DNA of 63,987 nucleotides, counting the filler, from Octopus bimaculoides (taxonomy: Eukaryota): NCBI RefSeq assembly GCF_001194135.2. It is 9 parts of 9 records of this genome, joined end to end, with 100 filler letters (N's around TTAATTAATTAA, not from the genome) between each part and the next. Parts side by side here need not be neighbours in the genome. Positions count along the whole stretch, not along the records: positions 41,506 to 55,326 come from NC_069006.1; positions 55,427 to 57,999 come from NC_068988.1; positions 58,100 to 61,393 come from NC_068991.1; positions 61,494 to 63,987 come from NC_068994.1; 5 more parts are not named here. One strand, given 5' to 3'. Positions 52,264-63,987 of this stretch are shown piece after piece. How positions within the stretch are numbered: position 1 is the stretch's first letter; each line of letters opens with the position of its first letter. Below the pieces are notes generated by a model that had not been told where the DNA came from, made no database searches, and was given only the letters and a program-made list of their open reading frames with translations. Both the position numbers and the translations under genes were made by a program.

Positions 52264-52812
52264 ACTAGCAGTGCATGCCATCAAAGTGACACTGGGGTAA
52301 AATATATGAAGCCCAATATACCCATCATGACTACCCGTCTGATGAGGGTACACTAGGCACATGCATCACAAGCATATGCGCGCAACATGGTGATCTCATA
52401 TCACGATTAACAGCACATGACCTTGCAAGTGGGGCCCAGTTAGAATTTTCTTCAGGTCGAGTAGCCCATCACGCACAAAAGGTCCCTGAATAAAAGTTGT
52501 TTAAGAATGTTGAACAAAACACCCATGTTTCCAAAGGTGAATTATTCAAACCCCAAAGAATTCCTCTCAACACATGGCTATGATGCTCCCCCACTATTTC
52601 TGCTCGTGATCAGAGATGTACATATTGTCAGCCACCAAGGGACATGCTCAACTGGTTAAGGTCAAACAACTGACAAGCAAATCTGTGGTATTAAGCAGAA
52701 TATTTGTTGTAGCTTCATCTTTTATACCAAGACAAAACATGTACATGATAACACTTCCAATCAGTTAAGATCAGAAACCATGAGAGCCATTGCCTGGTAC
52801 TGCATCAGGGCA
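52264..52812 (-). mobile_element. dispersed repeat family F (copy 2, longer)
   Basis: Homologous to 22015-22400. Confidence 0.8.
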
Positions 52813-53132
52813 TTATTATTATTATTATTGTTCAGTAGNNNNNNNNNNNNNNNNNNNNNNNNNNNNNNNNNNNNNNNNNNNNNNNNNNNNNNNNNNNNNN
52901 NNNNNNNNNNNNNNNNNNNNNNNNNNNNNNNNNNNNNNNNNNNNNNNNNNNNNNNNNNNNNNNNNNNNNNNNNNNNNNNNNNNNNNNNNNNNNNNNNNNN
53001 NNNNNNNNNNNNNNNNNNNNNNNNNNNNNNNNNNNNNNNNNNNNNNNNNNNNNNNNNNNNNNNNNNNNNNNNNNNNNNNNNNNNNNNNNNNNNNNNNNNN
53101 NNNNNNNNNNNNNNNNNNNNNNNNNNNNNNNN

Positions 53133-53222
53133 GGAATTGTTTCTGTTTTTAGATTCCACATTCGAGTTACCTCTATTTCCAGGTCTTTGTATTTTGAAAG
53201 TTTTTCCATTTCTTTTAGAGAA
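53133..53222 (-). mobile_element. R4/Dong-type LINE restriction-like endonuclease fragment
   Basis: ADDNVSLKEMEKLSKYKDLEIEVTRMWNLKTETI is the typical RLE C-terminal 'KE.EK..KY.DL' motif. Confidence 0.8.
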
Positions 53223-53329
53223 ACGTTGTCATCTGCTGGATTATTATTATTATTATTATTATTATTATGATGATGATGATGATGATGATGGTGATGGTGG
53301 TGGTGGTGGTGATGATGATGATGATGATG

Positions 53330-53384
<55 letters not shown>

Positions 53385-53385
<1 letters not shown>

Positions 53386-54708
53386 GGTGGTGAGCTGGTA
53401 GAATTGTTAGCACACCTGACAAAATGCTTAGTGGTATTTTGTCTCTCTTTATGTTCTGAATTCAAATTGTGCTGAGGCCAACGTTGTCTTTCATCCTTTC
53501 AGGGTTGATGAAATAAGTACCAGTCAGTCACTGGGGTTGATGTATTCAACTAGCCTCCTCTCACAAAATTTCAGGTCTTGTGCCTATAATAGTGTCTGTA
53601 GTAGAAAGGATTATTATTATCATCATCATCATCATCGCAAAATGTTTAGCAGTATTTCATCTTCTGCTATGTTCTGAGTTCAAATTCCATCAAGGTCGAC
53701 TTTGTCTTTCATTCTTTTGGGATCGATAAATTAAGTACTGGGGTTGATGTAATCGACTATCCCCCTCCCCCCAAATTTCAGGTCTTGTGCCTAGAGCAGA
53801 AATGATTATTATTATCATCATGATCAAGGTGGTGAGCTGGCAGAATCGTTAGCGCACTGGACTGGCATTTCACCTGTCTCTACGTTCTGAGTTCAAATTC
53901 TGCCAAGATTGATATTGTCTTTCATCTTTTTGGGGTCGATAAAATAAGTACTAGTTGAACACTGGGGTCGATGTAATTGACTCATCCCCACCTCCCCCAG
54001 GCTGCCCTTGTGGCAAACATTTGAAATAATTATCATCATCATCATCATCATCATCATAAGGGTAGTGGATTGATAGAATTGTTAGTGTGTTGGACAAAGT
54101 GCTTTGTAATATTTGATTTTGCTCTTTACATTCTGAGTTCCAATCCTGCCAAATTCAACTTCACCTTTCATTCCAATTCAGTCGTTAAAATAAAGTAGCA
54201 GTCAAGTTGTTGATGATACTCAAAATAGTTAATTATTTTTGAAACTTGTCTTTCTTCTGTTTTATTCTTTGTCAATTAAAAACTTAAGAAGCTAATTGTT
54301 CGTCTTCTGTGGTGTCTACCACATTAATATATGCTCTATAATCTCATTAAAATTCCACAAATAGGCCTTAGTCTACACTTTATACTAACTTATTCTAGTT
54401 TATTCCAGTTTACTGCCACTTGACATCTCCAATAATTAGCTAGTCTCTAATCAATGTTTACAGTTTCCTGCCACAAACCAATAATAAAATTCCATATAAA
54501 CAACTAAAACAGTGAGTTGGCAGAATCCTTTGCACATCAGGCAAAAAGCATAGAGAGATTTCTTCTGGCTTGTTATGTTCTGAGTTCAAATTCTGCCAAA
54601 ATCATCTTTGCCTTTCATCTTTTTGGGGGTCAATAAAATAAAGTACCACTAGTCAAATACTGGGACTGATGTAACTGACTTACCCTTCCCTTCCAAATTG
54701 CTGGTCTT
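53385..54708 (+). mobile_element. tandem cluster of five family A SINEs
   Basis: Copies at about 53385, 53636, 53826, 54058 and 54510; the first four are each preceded by (ATT/ATC)n. Confidence 0.85.
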
Positions 54709-54859
54709 GAACCCTGTAATGGACAAGCATCCTGTTCAAGGGCATTGTTGTGTATTTGGTCATCATGAAAACTGGAAAAACTGGCCTTGAAAGCCCTAAG
54801 GCTCAGATATATATATATATAAATAAATAAAATAAATTCGCCCTTTTAAAGCCTAGCCA

Positions 54860-55082
54860 GGCTCATGGGCCCGGTTTCCTGGTTTCAATGACGTATGCGT
54901 TCCCCAGCTGGACGGGGCCCAAGTCCATCGCAGCGTTACTCATTTTTGCCAGCTGAGTGGACTGGAGCAACGGGAATTGAAGTGTTTTGCTCAAAGAACA
55001 CAACGCGTCGCCCGGTCCAAGAATTGAAACCACGAACTTACGATCATGGTGCTGACACCCTAACCACTAAGCCATGTGCCTT
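54860..55082 (-). mobile_element. family B SINE
   Basis: CAGCTGAGTGGACTGGAGCAA..GCTCAAAGAACACAACGC..CCTAACCACTAAGCCA. Confidence 0.75.
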
Positions 55083-55099
55083 CACTTATATATATCATC

Positions 55100-55326
55100 A
55101 TCATTATCATCATTGTCGTTTAACATCTGTTGTCCATGCTGGCATGTGTTGGATGGTGTGACAAGACCTAGCAAGCTGGTAGGGCTGCACCAGACTCCCG
55201 TCTGGTTTGGCATGGCTACTACGGCTGGATGCCCTTCCCAACACCAACCAGTTTACAGAATGTGCTGGGTGCTTTTACATGGTATTGCACAGGTGCTTCT
55301 GTGGCCCCACATGGGTGCTTTTACAT
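55100..55326 (-). mobile_element. family C copy
   Basis: CATCATTGTCGTTTAACATC..CCATGCTGGCATG..GGATGCCCTTCCCAACACCAACCA. Confidence 0.7.
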
Positions 55327-55546
55327 NNNNNNNNNNNNNNNNNNNNNNNNNNNNNNNNNNNNNNNNNNNNTTAATTAATTAANNNNNNNNNNNNNNNNNN
55401 NNNNNNNNNNNNNNNNNNNNNNNNNNATATATATATATATATATATTCCACAATGTAGCGTAGTGTATATCGTCCACAATGTAACCTCGTGTATATCGTT
55501 GGCGATATTTTTTACTTCCTCCGTCTTCTCTTCTTTAGACTTTCCT

Positions 55547-55583
55547 ATATTCCGACGAAGAGCTCCGCTCGAAACGTCAAATT
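55547..55583 (+). ncRNA. minimal hammerhead-like motif (U4C)
   Basis: TT-CCGACGA-A-GAGC-TCC-GCTC-GAAA-CG-TC|AA. It has a 4-bp stem II, palindromic ACGT stem III and a GUC site; stem I is only 2 bp. Confidence 0.55.
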
Positions 55584-55687
55584 CTCTTTCTTTCCTTTCC
55601 TGAGCGTCCAGTAACACAATATCTGTATCACGTCCTCGCGTTGTTGTTTTTTTTTTGTTTTTTTTAATCGGTTTTTCTTGTTTGAAC

Positions 55688-55727
<40 letters not shown>

Positions 55728-56019
55728 TGTTCATACATATTTATATACATTCTCCTAATAAACGGAATGGAATGAGATGGAACGGAACGCCAGTTAGTCG
55801 CAGGATTACCTAGTTACACTTGAGTGAACTGAATCACCTATAACGGGAAGAGTTTTGCTCAAGAGCGCATGCATCACCCAGTTTGAGATGGATGGTGAAT
55901 GCAACACCTGATCCACCTGTCCTCTGCCCAATTACACATACATATATAGATATATACACACGTACACACACATCTATACACTTACATATATACATACATG
56001 CATAATTACATTCTTTAAT

Positions 56020-56509
56020 CTTTTACTAGTTTCAGTTACTTGAGTGCGGCCATGCTAGAGCACCACCTTTAGTCGAACAAATCGATCCAAAGGCTTATTC
56101 TTTGTAAGCTTAGTGCTAATTCTATTGGGGTTTTTTTTACAATAGAATGTAAAGAATATTTTATGTAGAGTAAAAAAATTCGAGATCATTTATAATAAAG
56201 ATATTATTACGATAATCGTATTCTGAAACACTTTCACTCACTCTAGCATCGTGCACACCATCTTCTGTAGACGCGACCAGCGATTCACAAGCACTCGTAG
56301 ACGGACTTACTCTCTTTTACTCTTTTACTTGTTTCAGTGATTTGACTGCGGCTATGCTGGAGCACCGCCTTTAGTCGAGCAAATCGACCCCAGGACTTAT
56401 TCTTTGTAAGCCTAGTTCTTATTCTATCCGTCTCTTTTTGCCGAACCGCTAAGTTACGGGGGCGTAAACACACCACCATCGGTTGTCAAGGGGTATTGGA
56501 GGGGCAAAC
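56020..56509 (-). mobile_element. two copies of repeat family I (56020-56135, 56308-56509)
   Basis: Both contain GCGGCYATGCT.GAGCACC.CCTTTAGTCGA.CAAATCGA. The reverse complement shares the GATAGAATAAG..CTGGGGTCGAT segment with family A. Confidence 0.7.
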
Positions 56510-57312
56510 NNNNNNNNNNNNNNNNNNNNNNNNNNNNNNNNNNNNNNNNNNNNNNNNNNNNNNNNNNNNNNNNNNNNNNNNNNNNNNNNNNNNNNNNNNN
56601 NNNNNNNNNNNNNNNNNNNNNNNNNNNNNNNNNNNNNNNNNNNNNNNNNNNNNNNNNNNNNNNNNNNNNNNNNNNNNNNNNNNNNNNNNNNNNNNNNNNN
56701 NNNNNNNNNNNNNNNNNNNNNNNNNNNNNNNNNNNNNNNNNNNNNNNNNNNNNNNNNNNNNNNNNNNNNNNNNNNNNNNNNNNNNNNNNNNNNNNNNNNN
56801 NNNNNNNNNNNNNNNNNNNNNNNNNNNNNNNNNNNNNNNNNNNNNNNNNNNNNNNNNNNNNNNNNNNNNNNNNNNNNNNNNNNNNNNNNNNNNNNNNNNN
56901 NNNNNNNNNNNNNNNNNNNNNNNNNNNNNNNNNNNNNNNNNNNNNNNNNNNNNNNNNNNNNNNNNNNNNNNNNNNNNNNNNNNNNNNNNNNNNNNNNNNN
57001 NNNNNNNNNNNNNNNNNNNNNNNNNNNNNNNNNNNNNNNNNNNNNNNNNNNNNNNNNNNNNNNNNNNNNNNNNNNNNNNNNNNNNNNNNNNNNNNNNNNN
57101 NNNNNNNNNNNNNNNNNNNNNNNNNNNNNNNNNNNNNNNNNNNNNNNNNNNNNNNNNNNNNNNNNNNNNNNNNNNNNNNNNNNNNNNNNNNNNNNNNNNN
57201 NNNNNNNNNNNNNNNNNNNNNNNNNNNNNNNNNNNNNNNNNNNNNNNNNNNNNNNNNNNNNNNNNNNNNNNNNNNNNNNNNNNNNNNNNNNNNNNNNNNN
57301 NNNNNNNNNNNN

Positions 57313-57346
<34 letters not shown>

Positions 57347-57401
57347 CAGTGACAGAGAGACAGACAGACAGACATACAGACAGACAGACAGACAAACAGA
57401 C

Positions 57402-57452
<51 letters not shown>

Positions 57453-57962
57453 CGAATGTAAGTATCAGTGCAAAGTGATTGATTAACCCTCTGTTAGAGT
57501 ATCGGGCAAAATGCCTCGCTGCTTCTTTTTCGGCCATACACGCTCCAAGTTCAAATCCTGCTCACGTAACACGAAGACAAAAATCTCGGGGAAAAAAAAC
57601 TGTGATATGCATTTCTGATGTCCTTATAACACCTGCTTGAATAATCTCACCGATCTAACGCTATATTAGTATACCTGCAGTTAGGAGACAGCATTCGGGA
57701 AGTTTTAAGTGTTAGACACATAACAGCGACAGTGATGTGTGTGTGTGTGCGCACGCGTGTTAAAATCTGATAATTCTAGAAGCAGCTATGCTGTCTCGTT
57801 GTCGAAACAACTTGCAAGTCGTTATCTTGAAAATATAAAATATAACACACCGCCTTCAAGCGTGATGAGAATATTTTTTACATTTACAGCCATCTTAGCT
57901 CTTTGACTAATCGTACCCAAACAGCTACACACACACACACACACACACACATTCACATGTGT

Positions 57963-57999
<37 letters not shown>

Positions 58000-58365
58000 N
58001 NNNNNNNNNNNNNNNNNNNNNNNNNNNNNNNNNNNNNNNNNNNTTAATTAATTAANNNNNNNNNNNNNNNNNNNNNNNNNNNNNNNNNNNNNNNNNNNNG
58101 TATAACTATATTATGAAATGCAAAATGGATCTTGCGTTTAGACATGTGTCCCATCCCCAAGCTGTCCCATTTTAAAGCCGCAAACAAAAAAAAATACTCC
58201 AAAATCCTCCCCCACCCCCGCCAAATAATCGAAACTCTCCAATGGCGTTGGTCCATAAATTTTGGATAAGGGATCCTCAATCTGTATATGTGTAAAATCA
58301 ACAGATCCTTTTCTCGAAAATATCTGGTCTTGCGTCTATTTTAGAAATAATTAACGAGTGGTGGA

Positions 58366-58413
<48 letters not shown>

Positions 58414-59765
58414 GTAGTAGTAGTAGTATTATGAGTTAGTGAGTGAGAGGCAGACAAACAGATAGCTTGATAGATAGCTTTCTAGGATAGATACATAGTT
58501 GGATGAGATCCTTTATATTTCCTCTGTTAATAAATTAGCAGATTGAAGATACTAACTGTAATGTCAATATTCTAAAGTAAATCAAACTGTTTGCTAATAT
58601 TTATGAAGACACGGACACGTTTGTTTCCACAAGGACACACACAGATGCAATCTGTTTAGTCAAGCCACTTGTACAAGTTGTGCAAACACAGTATAGTTTT
58701 GAAATTTATCTACAGCGGAGATTGTAACGAGTTTAAATAGAGCCAGTGTTGTCGTCTGCTGCAACCACCAAAACAGTTGTAATCATTATATTCCTGTTCG
58801 GTAATGAAATTACTTAATTCATAGATTTAAAGATTGATCTGATAAATTTGGACTGCTGGTTTAAAATAAATCCCATTCACAGCAAATATGATGTTGTTTT
58901 GACTCAGATTATTCATCATCAATCGGGCCTCTGATCAAAAGCGTTCTAATCATGACCATCCCACGTTAAACAACGTGTCCTTTTCTTTTTAAACAGCGGG
59001 AAGAGAGTGATTTCAAAGAAATGTTGGCTGCTATTTCTCGTATGTAATGCGATTGTTGGATCAGGTATAGAAGAAGTCGCCATTGTTTGTTTATTAGCGC
59101 TAGCTGGTTCGGCTCTGCGGCCGCCATTGTCATCATCATCGTCGTTGTCATTAATTAGTGCAACGGTCAAGCGTTCTCTGTTATTGTCTCACGGACTTTT
59201 TGGTCAGCTTCTCTGCTCTCTATTGTCTAATGACTAAAAAGCGATTAGTATATAACTGGTGTTCTTATTAGAAAAAAAGCTGGTCGAAGATGAAATCGTG
59301 TTCCACCACAAACTATAATGCTCAGTGTTTTGATGACGTGAGCAATATTTGAACAAATCACGTTCGTATTGTTTGTGTATAGAAAACAGTGATCTGGGTT
59401 CGATTTCTACGTGACTGTCTAATATTCCTGCTGCATATATGTCTCAAGCGACTCAAGAAAGCTAATCTGTTTTACAAAGTGTTGTTAGTTCCTCGCTGTC
59501 GCCATTGCATCAGTAACAAACGACAATAAAAATATTTATTTTATTCAGACAGGAGTTAGAGTATCGTAAGGTCAAACGTTAAAATAATAATACTACAAGA
59601 GGAAAGCTATTTAACTAATTAATTTAATTTACTCATATTGCTTCTGTTGCCTTCCATCAATTTTGTCATCTCAGTCGTTTATATTCTTATTGGACATTTG
59701 CATCTAGTATTTCTCTCTCAAAATGCAGTCATTTCTCATGCACTTACATGTACAGATGTATGTGC

Positions 59766-59835
<70 letters not shown>

Positions 59836-61493
59836 NNNNNNNNNNNNNNNNNNNNNNNNNNNNNNNNNNNNNNNNNNNNNNNNNNNNNNNNNNNNNNNNN
59901 NNNNNNNNNNNNNNNNNNNNNNNNNNNNNNNNNNNNNNNNNNNNNNNNNNNNNNNNNNNNNNNNNNNNNNNNNNNNNNNNNNNNNNNNNNNNNNNNNNNN
60001 NNNNNNNNNNNNNNNNNNNNNNNNNNNNNNNNNNNNNNNNNNNNNNNNNNNNNNNNNNNNNNNNNNNNNNNNNNNNNNNNNNNNNNNNNNNNNNNNNNNN
60101 NNNNNNNNNNNNNNNNNNNNNNNNNNNNNNNNNNNNNNNNNNNNNNNNNNNNNNNNNNNNNNNNNNNNNNNNNNNNNNNNNNNNNNNNNNNNNNNNNNNN
60201 NNNNNNNNNNNNNNNNNNNNNNNNNNNNNNNNNNNNNNNNNNNNNNNNNNNNNNNNNNNNNNNNNNNNNNNNNNNNNNNNNNNNNNNNNNNNNNNNNNNN
60301 NNNNNNNNNNNNNNNNNNNNNNNNNNNNNNNNNNNNNNNNNNNNNNNNNNNNNNNNNNNNNNNNNNNNNNNNNNNNNNNNNNNNNNNNNNNNNNNNNNNN
60401 NNNNNNNNNNNNNNNNNNNNNNNNNNNNNNNNNNNNNNNNNNNNNNNNNNNNNNNNNNNNNNNNNNNNNNNNNNNNNNNNNNNNNNNNNNNNNNNNNNNN
60501 NNNNNNNNNNNNNNNNNNNNNNNNNNNNNNNNNNNNNNNNNNNNNNNNNNNNNNNNNNNNNNNNNNNAATCGTTAGTTTCAAAGTGAGAATCGCTATTTT
60601 TGTAATCTTTAATGTCCTGTTTGTTCCGCCATTAAAACAACCAGTTGCTCAGACAGCAGGCACATACCATTTCGCTAGCATAGGATGACAATCAGCCAAA
60701 ACCGTCGCTATGCTGTCTCTCTTCTTTCCTCTCTCTGTGGGGTTAATAATCTTCATCTTTAGTTACAGTTTCTCATTCAAACCAACAGGCAGAATTGTCG
60801 GATTAAGACAGTAGGGTGTTTTGAGGGAGATTTGGCTGCTATTTCTACCAGGTCTTACGTCTGTATTGTTATGTGACATACTGTCCTATATATTATATAT
60901 TCCTTATGCTTTCCAAAACCGAATTACAGATTTTGACGTATGGGGTATCAAAAGATTCAGTACTATTTTGGCTACAAATTAAACTTAATTTCCATTCACA
61001 ATATTTGCATTTCAAATAATCGTTTCTATAAATCAACTATCATAAAAATTTTATACGATGACGTCACATTTTCTATATGTGTGTGTGTACCTTAAAAGAC
61101 ATCAATCATCACGACACACACCTTCACTCACTCATTCACTCTATCTCTCTTTCTCACCCTCTTTCTCTCTCACATACACACGCGCAAGTACGTACGCACA
61201 CACACACACACACACACACGTCCATTTCATATAGACGTACATACATCTTTCATTTTCTTTCTGTTCTTTTCGCTTTCTCTTTCATTTTCTGCTTTCTTCA
61301 AATAAATTTTTTACTTTATGAGTGATGTAGGACAACAAACCCGAAGAAAGTGTCAACATTTCAGATGATGGGACGTGTTAGATACAGCACAGANNNNNNN
61401 NNNNNNNNNNNNNNNNNNNNNNNNNNNNNNNNNNNNNTTAATTAATTAANNNNNNNNNNNNNNNNNNNNNNNNNNNNNNNNNNNNNNNNNNNN

Positions 61494-61531
<38 letters not shown>

Positions 61532-61532
<1 letters not shown>

Positions 61533-61660
61533 ACGGGCTTCTTTCAGTTTCTGTCTACTAAATCCACCCACAAGGCTTTGGTCGGCCCGAGGCTATAGTA
61601 GAAGACACTTGCCAAACGAGCCACGCAGTGGGACCGAACCCAGAACGATGTGGTTGGTAC
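61532..61660 (-). mobile_element. family D SINE-like repeat
   Basis: GGGCTTCTTTCAGTTTCTGTCTAC..GAAGACACTTGCC..GCAGTGGGACCGAACCC, next to a (TA)n tail. Confidence 0.7.
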
Positions 61661-62629
61661 GATTAACTTATGGAATGAAGTTCTACAAATCCAATCATAT
61701 TTGTCAAAAATGAAGGAGATATGTTAAAAATTTGTAAGAAGTTTATTCATGCAAACAATTGTTTCGTACATAGATATAAATTCATATTTGCATTTGAAAA
61801 ATTATGATAGTACTCATTAGTGCAGAGAGAAAACAATAAAAGGAAGTTGGATCTATGAGTTTCATGTTTGTCTGTTCCTATCTGTGGGTGATATCGATGG
61901 AAGTGATGTCAAATATTAAACCACATCTAACAGATGAACGGTTAGAGGAAGATATAAATATAGAGATATCGATAAACTCTCTCTATAGATTAGTATAGAT
62001 TTGCTAATTAAATCTTCATATATGCAGCATAGGGTAAGTTAGAGAAATGTCCAATGAGAAAACGTTACCTAATGTAAATTAAATTTAACCGTTAAAAACA
62101 ATATTTAGTATTTTTAAAATAAATAATCATAAACAGATGAAGAAAGTTTAGCGTAAAAAAATTTATGCTTGTAAAGCGTATACTCGAAGACTAATGAAGT
62201 CATTTGTAAGAACTCTGCGTTCTTCCTTTTTCTTCCGCTTGTGCGCGTGAGTTCAACCACCTGTAACGGTGGTAGTATCTGGAATGTGCTATACAACCAT
62301 TCCATAAGTTCTTCCAGACTGTCTGGTTCATTTTCTACGAATCTCTTCATTAATTTGTTTTCTGTGCCTTTTTTCCATACCTGTTTCGCTTTTTATCCCG
62401 TACATCATTTTTCCGATGTACTTTTTAATTTCGCCTTCGTCCCAGTACTGTTTTCCGAGGTCGTATAAAAATGCGAACTCATGTACATTTCATCACCAAT
62501 TTTGAAAAGTTTTAATATGTCTTTCCTGGCACTTTTTCTTTCCTCGCCAGGTATTTTTGAAACACTTTATCCGTCTTCCGACTCTTTCCCACTGGTTTTA
62601 TCAGTAAACAATCTCTGCATTGCGTTTCT

Positions 62630-63325
62630 TCTGTGCCGTGCCTTACTTTTCATATCTTATCACATTATTTTGACAGTTTCTGGAGAGTTATACTCTGTTT
62701 TTTTTTTTCCAGCTTTGCCAGAATTTTCGTTTTGACTTCTGCATCCTTTTTAGTAGTAAGTCCCTGAACAAAGATCAGGCACTTGAACGAGTCTGGAGTT
62801 AATTTATCCAGTTTAATTCTCTCGCACTCTCTGTTCACTCTACCCTCATATGTGTTAAAGTTTTCTTTATCGCTTTCCTTAGTGGTCAAACACTTCCAAC
62901 GTGTGTTGAAAAACGATGCTTTTAACTAAACATCCTACATAAAATGTCAACTGTGTCTGTGAAATTTATGTCAGAAACTTTTGTAGGCAATATAAAGTTA
63001 CAGTATTTTCATGCTCTGTCGTCGCCAGTTTCCTCAGAATTAGACGTGTTTACATTTCGGCAGTCCAGTCCTGGCATTCTTTTTCGAAAATTTGTTCAAA
63101 TCTTTGGTAATATGCCTCGAAAATGATTCCTTCTTCTGGGTCATATTTAAATTCATTTATTGAATTCGCTACATGGTCTGGCGAAAACGTATTTTCCGGT
63201 TTTGTTACAAACTTCCTTAGTTGTAGCATTTGTTGTTGTAACAGTTGGTGTTGTTCTTATTGTGCTCTGAGTTGTTGTTGTTGCTCTTTTTGCAGCTCAA
63301 GTAAACCCGCTAACAAGTTTTCCAC
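62630..63325 (-). pseudogene. gag relic of the LTR element
   Basis: ENLLAGLLELQKEQQQQ..FSPDHVANSINEFKYDPEEGIIFEAYYQRFEQIF..RWKCLT..GRVNRECERIKLDKLTPDSFKCLIFVQGLT..DAEVKTKILAKLE, with stops and frameshifts. Confidence 0.8.
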
Positions 63326-63472
63326 GCTTTTACGAATTTTCGTAAAACGTGTACAACAAAGCGTTCGTTACTCCCCTATCGAGTTTTTGATCTCTTTACG
63401 TGAATTTAAAAAAAATTCCTCCGCTTGAAAAATGTTTTTATTTTTTCAACGTAGTCCGCATGAATTGTTTAT

Positions 63473-63546
63473 ACTCTTCGCGCCACTGTTAAAGAGCGTT
63501 ACCCTCGTCGCCACTGTTACAAAGCATTATCCTCGTCGCTACTGTT
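63473..63546 (-). promoter_or_regulatory. three tandem primer-binding-site-like units (28-bp period)
   Basis: Minus strand: AACAG-TAGCGACGAGGAT, AACAG-TGGCGACGAGGGT, AACAG-TGGCGCGAAGAGT. Confidence 0.75.
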
Positions 63547-63746
63547 ATATTGTGGCGAGTTCCATGTCTTCTATTTTTGACTCGTTTATCGTGCTATCGC
63601 TGACAGCTCCGCAAGAAATGACTTGCATCGTCTACCTTGACGGTGACTCAAACTCGTATATATCACGTAATTGAGACTGACCTCAAATGAGAGCTCGTAC
63701 AACGACTCTACTACTGTTTTCTTTATTTGGCACTATGGCCACAACA
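63543..63746 (-). repeat. 5' LTR (about 204 bp)
   Basis: Minus strand starts TGTTGTGG and ends ATATAACA (TG..CA with a short terminal inverted repeat). It contains a TATATA motif and is followed by G + PBS. Confidence 0.65.
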
Positions 63747-63987
63747 CAGATGGGGACACTACAAGGACAGACACAGCACCACAATGGGGACACAAAACAT
63801 AAACCGAATGACAATGAGATGTTATATAATGAAGAAATGAAATGGCTGCATGGGCCCCATAACCATGTAGTACCATTTGAATCGTTTATATAAACAATTT
63901 ACCATCGTTCACTTTTTCTATGTGTAATTCTTAATTATCTGTTTTTTCTCTCTTTTTTTTTTAAAATTATATTTATAACAAAAAAAA

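Larger units (their letters stand above)
62170..63746 (-). mobile_element. Ty3/Gypsy (Mag/K02A2.6-like) LTR retrotransposon, internally deleted, 3' LTR absent
   Basis: Order is LTR, PBS, gag relic, then directly an integrase C-terminal-like segment (FKIGDE..GKQYWDEGEIKKYIGKMMYGIK) with no protease/RT/RNase H in between. Confidence 0.8.

Overview
AT-rich, microsatellite-laden eukaryotic non-coding DNA from a gapped draft assembly (several kb of N). The repeat landscape looks like Octopus/coleoid cephalopod; this is inferred from remembered repeat families, not from a search. I found no confident host protein-coding exon: every ORF I could recognise is a decayed transposable element. These are Penelope-like RT + GIY-YIG, RTE LINE, R4/Dong-type LINE pieces, hAT, two mariners, and a Gypsy/Mag-type LTR element. 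There are also about 25 SINE-like copies from several families, a Helentron-type non-autonomous element and MITE-like palindromes. The most striking signal is at least nine minimal type-I hammerhead-ribozyme-like folds (CUGANGA-stem II-GAAA-very short, usually palindromic stem III-NUH-stem I) in about six unrelated repeat families. Two of them sit in a 400-bp head-to-head palindrome of a tRNA-headed SINE-like element. Other notable items are a triplicated LTR-end/primer-binding-site unit in the LTR element and a perfect 33-bp-stem hairpin. Hammerheads in Penelope-like elements and retrozymes are an established phenomenon; what may be new here is their diversity, density and fusion to a tRNA head. 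All folds were read by eye, and none has been computed or tested.
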